This document shows positions 1 to 15,300 of a stretch of DNA of 64,000 nt, one piece after another. Made by a program: the position numbers and the translations under genes. The stretch is taken from NCBI RefSeq assembly GCF_002571385.2, contig NW_019217903.1, forward strand, positions 451,085 through 515,084, given 5' to 3'. Below the pieces are notes generated by a model that was given only the letters and a program-made list of their open reading frames with translations, searched no databases and was not told where the DNA came from. Numbering within the stretch: the first letter of the stretch is position 1; the number at the start of each line of letters is the position of its first letter. This stretch comes from Stylophora pistillata (taxonomy: Eukaryota).

Positions 1-121
1 AGGAGGGAGGGGGTTAGGAGAGGGGGTGAGGGAAGGGGGGAGAGGAAGGGCTATCAATTTTAACAATATGATCATAAATTAATTAATGAACAGAGTATCA
101 AGATTTTTCTTTGAGGCATAC

Positions 122-3273
<3,152 letters not shown>

Positions 3274-3687
3274 TGAAAGCAACGTACTTAGGCTTCTCGT
3301 AATATATTAACTGGTCATCGCTTTAAAATAGTTTATCCTCAAATATTGGAGTTGGAAGGAAAATCAAACCAAAAATCGTTCGTTTCCTCTTGCTACTTTC
3401 ACTTTGAAGCAATCAGTCTCCATAATAATCGGTCAAAATAAATATTTGTCGGAGTTTACTTGTTCGTGGAAGTTCGTGTCCCAGTCGTGAGATATTCGTG
3501 AAATTTCCGTGAAATTTCGTTTTCGCCTCGGTCAAGACGCTTCACTCAGCGGTATAACGCGCAACTCTACGCGCGGAAAATTTGACCTTTGGATTGTTGC
3601 GTGTCTCGTTTGGTATTAGTTTACGTCGATGGACTTTCATTTTATACTTTCTGGAACTTTGGTTCTCCCGTATTAAACAACGCACAC
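3274..3687. promoter_or_regulatory. Putative bidirectional promoter, TMEM184C/ETFDH
   Basis: 414 bp between divergent start codons; CpG-rich relative to the gene bodies; clustered CGTG repeats at 3461-3525. Confidence 0.6.
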
Positions 3688-5972
3688 ATGTGGAATAATC
3701 GTGTCTTGATTCTTGGTAAAGGCGTGCACAGAGGTACGAAGTCGTTCGTTCATTTTTCTTTATACTGCGCTTGATCTTACAGTGTTCGTCACATTCTCTC
3801 TTCTTTCAGCCTTGCGTCCGGTCTTACATAACAGACTTTGCTCAAGTGAAGCTGTACCCAAAATAACAACTCATTACACGATCGTACCGCGAGAAACTGA
3901 TTCAAGATGGAAAGGTATAACTGTAATTTTTATATTTAAAGCATAACTTCACCAGCTGATTCTATTGCTTTCCTCTTTGACATAGTTTAGCGTCGTCTTG
4001 TGATCCTACTTTGTCAGACGCGAGTGCATTTGATTTTTGCAGAAGTAGACATGGAGAGATTTTCGGACGAAGCCGATGTAGTTATAGTTGGGGGAGGACC
4101 GGCGGGGTTATCAGCAGCAATCAGACTGAAGCAATTAGCAGAAGAAACAGGAAAAGAACTGAGAGTTTGTCTTGTCGAGAAAGCTTCTGAAATCGGTGAG
4201 TTTTAAAATTTTTCTTTTCTCTTTTTCCGGTGTCTTAATCACGTTTGCTACCAGCAGAAGATCAACAGCACGCTTAATCGGAACGTTCTTACTACTTGAA
4301 TTTCTGTGATTCCTCTTAGATAAGAGTGTGAATTATATTTTTTTTGGTTCATCCATGATCGTCTAGTCCGACATATATTAGTAAGGCAGACAGGATTCTG
4401 GGACACCCCCTCATTCACACCCCCTATCCACCCCTCCGGAGACGAGAGATAATTTGCATTTTCTTTCGATTATACTTATAGCTGGTAAAGGTTGATTCTG
4501 ATGCATCTACCATTCAAGCCCAATTGGTTGAAGGAACTGCACAGTTACTCCACAATTTTATCTTTGATATTTGACTTTATTGAGGAGCATTAATTAAAAT
4601 CACTCATTTCAGGTGGCCATACTCTCTCTGGTGCCTGCCTAGAGCCAAGAGCACTTAATGAACTTATTCCAGACTGGAAAGACAAAGGGGTAAGTTAGCC
4701 CTGGTATATTTCTAAGATCTCATCTAACTTATAACTATTCTTTCTGTATGCAACACCTTTCCTTTTTGGACAAAAATCTTGCTACTTAGTTTATTGTCAT
4801 TATCTGTTTGGTGGAAGTAACTAAAGTTATAACAAAAAAATACATTATATCATATCTAGATATTTCAGCTGACATGCAAATCAGGGCTCGAATTTAATTT
4901 TTGGATTACTAAACCTTTGGTTTAGTAGACATCTTTTTTACTAACCAAATTATAAAGTTTGGTATCCAAGCTCACAAGTTACGATATCTCAAATATTGAA
5001 CATTTTGATAATAACGACTAGGACAAATTAAAGAGTAGCTGAAATTGCATGGTGACCTTAAAAACGTTGACAATTATGCACCTATTTTATTTCCCTCTCG
5101 TTTACCATGATTAGTCAAGAACAGTACATCTACAGCACATTCTCTAAAAAGAGTTTAAGTTGATTAAACAACTTGAGTATTCTAAGTATTCCTCTGAGAG
5201 TTGGGTCTACGTGCTCTTTGTCCTGAGGTCTACCAATGTTTAAATATGTTAGAAATTTTTACTAACCATGTCGGGTTAGTTCCAAGACACATTTTTAGTA
5301 ACCAAACGTTGAAAATTATTAACCATTGGTTAACAGGTTACCGTTAATTTTGAGCCCTGCAAATATTTTAACAATCTTGTTATGCAATCTGTCCAATCTG
5401 TTTTTTACTATGAGATCATTGTCATTTTTATATAATTTTACCAAGTAGTCAAACTTCTGATAACATATAACTTTTTATCTTACAAAGGTTCCTGCTCAAG
5501 TTTGAAATCAAACTAAACTATCTGGAATAGGAATTGTTTTTTTCCTTGCTCTATTTTTTACTTAATAATATATAAGAAAAAATTTCTCAGTTCTGATTGG
5601 TTAAGATGAATGTAGTTTTCAGTTAATTCAGTGCAGAAGAGAGTTAATTCAGTGCTAAAGAGGGTTAATTCAGTGCAACGAAATGAACAAACCAGACATT
5701 CTCATTGGTCAGAATGATTGGTCAATGTCAAGGTCAAAGTCAAGGTCAATGTAACTTGCAGGGTTTGAATAAATTATTTTTGCACCTGATGCACGCGCTT
5801 TTCTTCTACGTAGTTAGGAGAAGCGACCTCGTATTTTTTTTAATGTATATTATTAATAGATAATCACATGATTTTCTCATGTAATTTGGAATAAATAGGC
5901 ACTTGGTAAATTTTTTCAAAGACCACAAATTGCACTCGCCCTACGGGCTCATGCAATTTTGTTGGTCTTTGA

Positions 5973-6008
<36 letters not shown>

Positions 6009-9000
6009 TCGAAATCATGTGATTACCTATACTAATTGCTTTTTGCTTTACTAGGCACCTCTCAATACACTCGTAAAGGAGGATAAATTTGCAATACTCA
6101 CAGAGACTGGAAGAATTCCTGTCCCTATATTACCAGGTGAGGTACATGTGTGAATGATTGGAACCAAAGTAGGAGGCACTATTAAACAAGCGACATTTAA
6201 AAACACTTGGCTGATAGCATGGAAGAATAGGTGTTTTTTTTTTTTTTTAAGTAACAGCAGACGCCATGGTAACCAAGCTGCAGCTCATCTCCAGACACAG
6301 ACACTTGTCTAATAAAGAACACTGACACACTTGTGTTTGGATTGTATATTTGTAGCATAAAATGGAAGGAAGTGAGGGAAACAAAAGTAGGTAATGTAGC
6401 AAAGGCAAATTTGAGCATGAGAGCATGGTAATGACACTGAAAACCACCCTGGAGCCCCCTCCCCCCCCAACACCTACACCAACACCATACTATTGACAAT
6501 GCTTGGTTTTAACCGCGACTAAAGTACAATTAGCTTCATTACATTTAACAGAGATGATAACAGCTACTTGACCCTTGGATTTTTTCTTTCATATTTTATC
6601 AGGACTGCCCATGCATAACCATGGTAACTACATTGTACGTCTCGGGAATGTTGTTCGTTGGCTAGGTGAGCAGGCAGAAGCACTAGGAGTGGAAATATAC
6701 CCTGGATACGCTGCCAGTGAAGTGAGTCGTTACTCACAGTAGGAATCTGGAACATATTTTGTGGAGATACATTTTGACTTTAAATTGAAACCCAAAATGA
6801 TGAAGGATATTAGTTCAATTGGTTTTTCTTACTTAAGTGCTCCTAGACTGAATAAGAATCTCCTTGCATTAGCTTTTTTAAGGGTTGGGGACATACCATA
6901 GATAGAGAAGAAGATCTCTGGCTTGACCTTTAACTTCCCAGATCTGATTGTTAATTCTCCCCTCTAGATGCTCCACATTTCCCTGTAAATTGGTTACAAG
7001 AATTTGGGATTAGATTATGATAACAATCTCTTCTGGACAATTTCTCATTACTTGTTTGCTAGATAAGGTACAGATATTAAAGGGAGAAGTTCAATGTTTA
7101 TCATGTCAGGGAGTTAATGGGTTGTAGGGTATAAAACCCAACATTTAAGCTTAACTTAACCTGAACTTAATGCAGGGAAGAGAATGATAGTATCAGCTAA
7201 TTCCTTTTTTTTTTTTTTTCTCTTGACCCATTGCTAGGTGTTATACCATGATGATGGCAGCATCAAGGGAATTGCTACAAATGATGTTGGTATCCAGAAA
7301 GATGGTGCTCCTAAGGTAAGCAAGTATTTCAATCTGCACATTGCAACATTTTGCTATTTTTCTGGTTTAACCGGCTCCCGGTTAGCTCAATGGATAGAGC
7401 ACTGGACTGTTATGCGGGAGGTTGAGGGTTCAATCCCCGGCTGGACCAACACTCGGTCTTAAAATAATTGAGAAGAATTTGCTGCCTTTCCATAACATCA
7501 AGAAATGTTTAGATATTCTAGTCTTCTCGGATAGGGACGAATAAATGGAGGTCCCGTCTCCTGCAGGGTTGGGGGCAGGAGACGTTAATTTCCCACACAC
7601 GAGATTACTGTGTGATGGATGTCCTCCCCTGGGGTGGGATGGGTGGGATATTGGGCGCAATTAATTTGGAGCCTCGCTCTGTTGTGCGACCCTCACCATA
7701 CTCTGGACAAAGTGATTAAATATGATACAAATCCTCTGTGTAAAAGATAACTTTATGTAAATGTACCAAGGCTTAGCAAGGTTGAAGATAGAAGGATAAG
7801 GCTTGGTGGCCATTGATATCAGTGATCTGAGGCTGGCCTGTTTATATCTTTGAGGAAAAGTACCAGTAGGCTCCAGAAATGATATAATTATTTACCTTAA
7901 ACTTTGCTGCTAACCCTTTTGCTCCCAATATCTTATGCAAATTCTCTTTACTGTCTGCTATACATTTCCTCTTAAAAATTGTATGGAGAATATTAGATGA
8001 ATTTTAGAATTGATGATGGTATTTGCATTCTGTCACAGCCTACATTTGAACGAGGCATGGAACTCCATGCGAAAGTTACCATATTTGGTGAGGGATGTCA
8101 TGGCCACCTTGCTAAGAACTTGTACAAGAAGTTCGACCTGCGGGAAAACTGTGATCCACAAACATATGCCATTGGGCTCAAAGAGGTAATTCTTGACTTG
8201 TGGTTAAAGTAATGATTTCATAATTGTTATGTTTCTTTATTGGTCTCATGATTTTCTGGTGTGTCACTTCAGGTCTGTATATTTTGGCAAGCATTTCTGG
8301 CTAGTGGTAACCCTTGAGTTCCTAAGATCTGATTTTTAACTCACCCCTCTTACAAGTGTTTGGTATTAGATTCAGATAAGTTTTACCAGATGAGTTTGAG
8401 CATTCTCATTACCTGTTTGCAGGCTAATGTGTGGATATTGTAGGGAGAAGTCACAGGTCAATCATCCCAGAGAATTTAAGTGTTAAATATTTTATGCTTG
8501 CATGATCAAAGCCAATTGTTTCCAAAGGAACTGATGTGGTTTACCGGAAAGCAAGCAACACACTCAGTTGATTATCAACTAAAAGCTTTCAACAGTAAAT
8601 AAATAGTCAAAGTGAATTTTGGAAAGTTGATATCTGACAGTGTGATCATTAACCTTCCAGCGCTTTGCCCCAGTGAAAGGCTAAAAATGTTAGCTTCTGA
8701 AAATTTGCGGTAGTTTATCAACCCTTATCAACTTCCATTGAATAATCAAGTTAGTGATTTTAGCTCAGTTTGTAGAGACCCAGAACACTTGTAAAGGGGG
8801 CAAGTATCTAGACAAACTGTGGTGCTACATTGGCTATGGCATAACAAGATCATTTGATTTTATCAACTGAGTTGATAATGGACACTGGCCACCATAAAGA
8901 ATTTCTAGAGCTGACTTTTTCAATGTTAACCCTAAGTCAAAGCCAGAACCTATATAGTTTCTAATGCAAGGTTGTTTTCGTGTAGCTTTGGGAAGTAGCA

Positions 9001-11316
9001 CCTGAGAAACACCATCCTGGAAGAGTAGAGCACACTGTTGGCTGGCCCTTGGTATGTTTTGATTGAAATATTACTTAACTTGTCAGTTGTAATCTGAATT
9101 GTGTGATGCACACCTGAATGTGATTTTTAGTAAAACTCAAAGACCCAGGGTACATCCAAAAGAGTTAATAGGAATTATTTTTATTTTTACTCTTACAGGA
9201 TAAAACTACATATGGAGGTTCATTTTTGTATCACCTTGATGAGGACACACCCCTGGTTGCTGTTGGTTTTGTGGTAAGTGGATGGTAAAAAGATACCAAT
9301 TGCAAACAGTGGCATTCTGGGTCTGTATGTCTTTCTCGCTTTTGTATGTCAAGGTCTACCACTATAATGGTAAATTTTTGGTTTCCAATGTCTTTTTACA
9401 ACATGACATTTTTTTCTTCTGGTTTAGGTTGGGTTAGACTACAGCAATCCCTATTTGTACCCTTTCAAAGAATTTCAGGTGACTTGTACTATAAAGATTT
9501 TGTTGTTTTACTTTTAAGCATGTATCTTAAACTAGGAAAGTTTGTTTGTGCTGTCAGCACCTTAGGAAATGTACAGAGAACAGTATGGAGGATGTGAAAT
9601 ACTGATGTTAGAGTGAAAAGGGTAAAATACACCAACCTTTTTACATTGTGAGTCTAACTGTTACTTTTAATGCTTAGTTCTGATCAAGTATGCATACACA
9701 CATGGTGAAAGCACGAATTTAAGAATGGCTCGGTGGTGTTCTAAGTTTTGTGCAAGTTTTTGTTTTGCAGCTTTGTGTTCAGAGTAAACATCCTTCAGTT
9801 CTTGGTTAATTGATCCTACTAAATGATTATGTGTTGCATTTTAGCGTTTCAAGCTTCATCCCTCGGTAAAGCCAACATTTGAAGGAGGTAAACGGATAGC
9901 TTATGGTGCAAGGGCACTCAATGAAGGTGGCTTTCAGGTTGGAACATTTTTGTCAACCTTGGAATTTCCCAACAACCTTGTGGTATCTCATGTATTCTGT
10001 TTTCAGTAGTAAATCATCTTCGTTTGTTTTGTCAGTGTATACCCAAGCTGGCCTTCCCTGGTGGCCTTCTTGTTGGCTGTAGTCCTGGATTCATGAATGT
10101 TCCAAAGATCAAGGGAACCCATACTGCAATGAAGTCTGGGATGCTTGCAGCCGAATGTGCATTTGAAGCAATAACTGATGAAAATTATTCTTGTGATACA
10201 CAAGGTATTGGTCCTAAATTCCCTCTCTTCAAAATAAGTAAAGTTTGATTGATTGAAAGGTGATTGAAAATTGGATATTATCATAGAATGAAAAATTGAT
10301 TGAAAATTAAGATAAAAAAACGTTTTGTTGTAACATGAAACAAACCTGTGAATAATTTTTGTTGATAAGGAAGTAATTTGTCAGGCTATGGACTAGTTTT
10401 GACCTGTCAAGAGGCCTATTTGATGGGACAAAACATGTATAAATGTCCAACCGTGTTATTCCTTGAACTCTTAAAAGTGATCAACTTGTAATTTCTCACC
10501 ACAATTCCAATACATTATTTTGCAAACAGGTTGTTAGAACAGAGAAGCAAGTAAGCCACAGAGTGCTTGTAATCTTGATTGTAAATGGAATTCTCATGTG
10601 TAATGTACAAGGAAATGTAGGCAGTCAGTTGGGAGAATATCTCATTGGATCCCTTTCAGTCCCAATATCTCACTAATAACCCCCTTTCACTGCAATCTTC
10701 TAAGGTCGCATAATATTTACGTGCGCCTTTCATTTCTTCTGTGGCAGGTCTTCTCTTGGATTCATACGAGTCACGGCTGCGGGAGAGCTGGGTCTGGAAA
10801 GAACTCGAGAGCGTACGCAACATAAGGCCCTCTTTCCACAGCCCCTTGGGTCTATATGGCACTATGTTGTACACGGGTATTTTCTATTACATATTTCGCG
10901 GCAAGGAGCCATGGACATTGAAAAACAGCAAACCTGATGCGGAATACTTAAAACCCGCCAAAGAATGTAAAGCGATCGAGTACCCCAAACCTGACGGAGA
11001 AGTAACCTTTGATTTGCTGTCATCTGTTGCTCTTAGCGGAACAAACCACGAGGGGGATCAACCGGCGCATTTAACCCTTCGTGATGACTCTGTACCCGTC
11101 AATAGGAACCTGGCGATTTACGACGGACCCGAGCAGAGATTTTGCCCCGCGGGGGTGTATGAATATGTCCCCAAGGAGGAAGGAGATGGAATGAGGTTGC
11201 AAATCAACGCCCAGAACTGTGTTCACTGCAAGACATGTGACATTAAGGACCCCAGCCAGAATATCAACTGGGTGGTTCCCGAGGGGGGCGGGGGACCGGC
11301 GTACAATGGAATGTGA
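3688..11316 (+). CDS. ETFDH: Electron transfer flavoprotein-ubiquinone oxidoreductase, mitochondrial (14 exons)
   Basis: Exons 3688-3733, 3810-3914, 4043-4195 ([18 protein letters not shown] motif), 4613-4689, 6055-6136, 6603-6721, 7238-7315, 8039-8185, 8986-9051, 9199-9273, 9428-9478, 9845-9937, 10036-10204, 10748-11316 (4Fe-4S ligands RFCPAGVYE and [13 protein letters not shown]; ends GGGPAYNGM). All introns GT-AG and in frame. Confidence 0.97.
4882..5359. mobile_element. Non-autonomous DNA transposon (MITE) with hAT-like CAGGG termini and 5-bp TSD
   Basis: TIRs CAGGGCTCGAATTTAA and TTAATTTTGAGCCCTG; flanking direct repeat CAAAT at 4877-4881 and 5360-5364. Confidence 0.8.
5566..6033. repeat. 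Dispersed repeat with internal GTTAATTCAGTGCA tandem units and a palindromic 3' half
   Basis: Closely related copies at about 31397-31830 and 32049-32483; internal hairpin centred on GCACTCGCCCTACGGGCTCATGC. Confidence 0.75.
7368..7680 (+). mobile_element. tRNA-derived SINE (family A)
   Basis: A-box-like TAGCTCAATGG and B-box GGTTCAATCCC followed by a non-tRNA body; related copies on the minus strand at about 39880-40180 and 55470-55625. Confidence 0.8.
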
Positions 11317-12372
11317 TGACAAATTCGAAAATTGCCATTTGTTGAGTTTCCTCTCCAAAAAAAAAATTAATACAATCCCTAAGTTATTTTAAAGCGTCAC
11401 AGCTTTCCGTGAAAGAATTATAGAAATTGAAATGTTAAGGGACAGTCATTCTCTATATGAGATTATCTCAAAGCAAGATATCAAAAGCGCTCTCAATGAA
11501 CTTCATGTGTTTGTCGATTCGCTGTCTTTAACATTCTCGCTCTAAAATTTTCTCTCCTTTCGTTACTTTACAATGTAATTAACTTCTGTAACGGGAAAAA
11601 TACGTCAAGTTTTATATAATCGAAAAGATTTAAAACCGATAAGCAAATAATGAACGATACATGAAAACTTCAATCGCTGAGGCTGCGTTGCCCTCAGCCA
11701 GCGGAGTAGAAATAGGATTGAGATCATCGCTTCATGTTACATTTTTTTATGCAGGAAACTAAACAGCCAATTTCAATACTGTTAAGCGTTTTATTATCTC
11801 TATTGAGTTTAAAAAAATGTCTATTTCACGTTGTTTGGACTCTGATTACAATTCCACTTCGGGAGATTCATTTTTTTACGATAAGAGTCGATGTACTGGG
11901 CAATAAATAAAGTAACTCTTCCTGTCCTGGTTTAATTTTTAAAGTGTCCGAGTCACGTTCCCCTATGCTGTCATGTTTCGTAATCCACTGCGCACTGTTA
12001 ACTTGGCGCATTTAAAGAGCGCCTTGTCTGTTGCAGTGGTCTGTGATTGGTTTAAGAAACTCGCGCCATCCTTTTCACCACTCAGGTGCAAATCTGAAAC
12101 CAAGGCATGGCGTTTTCCCGCGCTTTAGCCAGCCAACTTGTTTTCACTTTGAGTTTCTACTGGTTCCTTCATAAACATTCCTCTAAAACTGGCTGTGGTG
12201 TTTACTTTGGATTTGGGCTGGAAACACTTCACTAAAAATCTTTTAGCTCCTACCACCAAGCTTTGTGGTAAAAGGTCGGATACGACTGCCCTCATATCCT
12301 ACTCACGGGACTACGTCATTCTGGAAAGTACACTTGAACCCCGCTATGAACCAACATTCTTGGCGACATCTT

Positions 12373-15300
12373 TCAATTTCTTTCTATCTTTCGTGTCCAG
12401 TCATAAGGTTTCCACCAGTCTGCAAACTGCAGCACTTTTCTTTTGTGATGCTCAAAATTTTCACGCCGTGGATTTCTCCATCTTTGGGGCTCAAGGTCGA
12501 GCATACCCCCAATAATTTCTTTGCCGAAATATAAAGGAAACAGCGTTTCATCCTCAATGACGTGTGCAAATCCCCCATCCAGTCCGAACTCGACGCTGAA
12601 ATACGGGAGACCCTTTGGAACTGACGCACGCAGCCCTTTTTTCCTTGTGTCCACCAATTTCACGTTTTGTGCCCATTCTGTGTCTGACTCTAATATGGCT
12701 TTCTATTTGAAGGAAAATAAATGAAGTTCAGTAAACGAGGTTGACAACGTGAAGCTATCTCTAATAGTAGCAAATCCGTGCTTGTTACTTCAGTACTTTT
12801 TCGTAATGGTCGTAAACGCTGGTTTTCCAAGTGACTCCAGGCTCATAATCGTACGTTAGATCACGAATTAAAGCCTGACACAGCGGCCAATCATCAGAGA
12901 TGCGCAAAAAGATCGATTTTCTAGGTGGACACGTGTCAATTTGTTGTAACAGTGGAGCCTTGTGCACGAGGGCCATGACTAGTAACGTCGCTTATTGCAG
13001 TGTTTCGAAACGGTCCAATCATCAAAGAAATACGCTCGCTCTTTTTAGAGTCCTTGATTCAACATTAAGCATTTGAGCTTTCGAGTTATGTTTAAGCGAT
13101 GAAGATCAATCTTCGAAAACAAAAATTGTGCGATTGATTTCCAAAAACGTGGTCGAAAGTACATTAAAGAATTGGACAGTTTCTTTTAATTACCAGGTTT
13201 AGTAGGCGTTACACGTGCGGACCCACCTTGAAATAAATGGGAGACATATCTCCGATTTCTTTAGGGAGGGGAATGCATTCGATGATCATGTGATGCTGCT
13301 TCCGTAACTGTTTGTGTGTTTCTAAGAAAACCACGTCCTCCTCCTGCGTAAAATAAGGATGACTATTAACTTCTCCCAACGGTGCCAATTCAAAGTCAGA
13401 CGCACACTTAAGGAGAATAAAACATTTCGTCAGTGATCCACGATAAACAGGGAGCCTGGGCACAACGTTTTCATGACTCACAGGCAGCCGAACATTGAGA
13501 ATACTTTTCCTCAGCGCTTGCCGCAGATTTTTTTTGTCCTGAAAACTAAACTTTCGTTCAGAAGGCTAAATAGCTCTCCAATAGATTGATAAACGTCTAA
13601 CCCTGTTTTCAATATTGTCAAAAGCCGCCTCGCTCAACCAAGTAACAAGCACAATCTCAGGTCTTCTTCCGCTAGTTATGTGAAAAGCACAAAAACTGAC
13701 CGTTTTAGAAAGTTTGTAACGAACAAGTTTGCCACTTATTTAAATCAAAATGTATAAAAATCCATTACTTATTATTGTATTTTGTAAGTTTACTTCCATG
13801 TATACAATTTGCTGACTATAACTGTAATTCAGATCTTCTGCAAGGGGTATAAATAAACAAACAAACAAACATAAAATCGCCAAAAGCAGTTGCACCCTCC
13901 TTATCTAGGATGACCCCTTCCCTCTCAACAGTGACTAACAAGTCATTTCTCCTTAAAACATCACTACAATATGGACCAGAGAGGTGATGAGAAACAAGAA
14001 ATTTATCTACAAGGGGAAAATGTTCGATTTAAAATAAAATTCTCATAGCTTAAGTTAGAACAAACGTACAGGAGACAGAAGGGAGAATTGATATCGAGAT
14101 CTCGGAGGCTTACGGCTTTGTCACAGGGTAGCTTAATATTTACTTACCTTTTCTTCAAACATCTTGGTGAGGCCTTTTTTGTAAATCTGTGTGGAGATAG
14201 CAAAGGCGTTGAACACCAAAAAGAAACGAATAATGTCAATCCGAGAAAAGATTGAAAATTCTAAATATCCCAAAAGATTCAACTGTTTCAAAAACAAACC
14301 TGAATTTCACTCCAAACGTCCTCGTCCAGCATGGTAGCCGCAGAACAGTGTTGCATAGGGATGATAAGACAATGACCTTCTGTGAGAGACTCGTGCAAAG
14401 GAAGCGCCAGATAAACCTAGAAAATACACACTTTATTTGAGACAACATGAACAGTAGACTTGATTACCAGCCGCTGTTTGTGGAGTGAGCCCGTGGACCC
14501 CCCCCCCACCCCCCGACAGTCATGGGAAGTATCGAAGGCCAGACTCGAGAAACGGCGGAAATTGAGCCCCATGAAGAAAAGTAAGTTTCTTTAAAATCTT
14601 TTTTGTGAAAAGCGAGGTGGACTAACGGTTATCACAATGGACTCCTTGTCGGTTCCTTCTCGGTTTTCTGTTTTGTTTTTGTTCTTCATAATCGATGCCG
14701 GACTGATTCTGATTCTTAAACATTGCCCACAGTTGGCACTTAATGCTAAACTGCACATGCGCAATACACCCCACCTTAACCTTTTAAACCCTTAAAGTGA
14801 CCAGTATCGACTTTCTCCTCACAGTAATGCTGCTGAGTCATTCATTAAGATCAGGAGAATGTAGGAAAAGATCCCACACCCAAACAGCTTTCGATTGTCA
14901 AACCAATTCTCCTTGACGATACCAAAGGAAATATGTAAAAAGAGTAGGGAGAATATGGGCATTGATGTTAGGGTTAAGCCTAAATAATACACAGCTCACC
15001 CTACCTTGAGTCCAATAGCAATGATGAGATGTTTGGCGATGTCAGGGTTCTCAAAACAGAAGCGACATTGTGCAAGTTGAGCAGCCAACTGTCTATGCTC
15101 TGAAAGAGATTGATACAGAGCAAAACAAATCGAATTCATTTTCACCATAAATGGGTGACGCAGTGGCCTAATGATGGTCAATGCGCTGAACTCCTGGTCG
15201 AGAGGTCTGGGTTCAAGAGCTGGCTAAGTCATTGTGTTGTATTCTCGGTCAAAACACTTTACTCTCACAGTGCCTTTCTCTCTCTCCACTCAGGAGTAGA

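Noticed and set aside
1-50. G-rich tract with one GGTTAGG (G-quadruplex or telomere-like)
   Set aside because: Simple intronic purine tract cut by the window edge; no tandem TTAGGG.
5620-5680. Short regularly spaced repeats resembling a CRISPR array
   Set aside because: Eukaryotic context, no unique spacers and no cas genes; internal tandem units of a repeat element.
7368-7450. tRNA-like sequences (also 22911, 40180, 62385)
   Set aside because: No clean cloverleaf with acceptor stem; each continues into a shared repeat body, so they are SINE heads.
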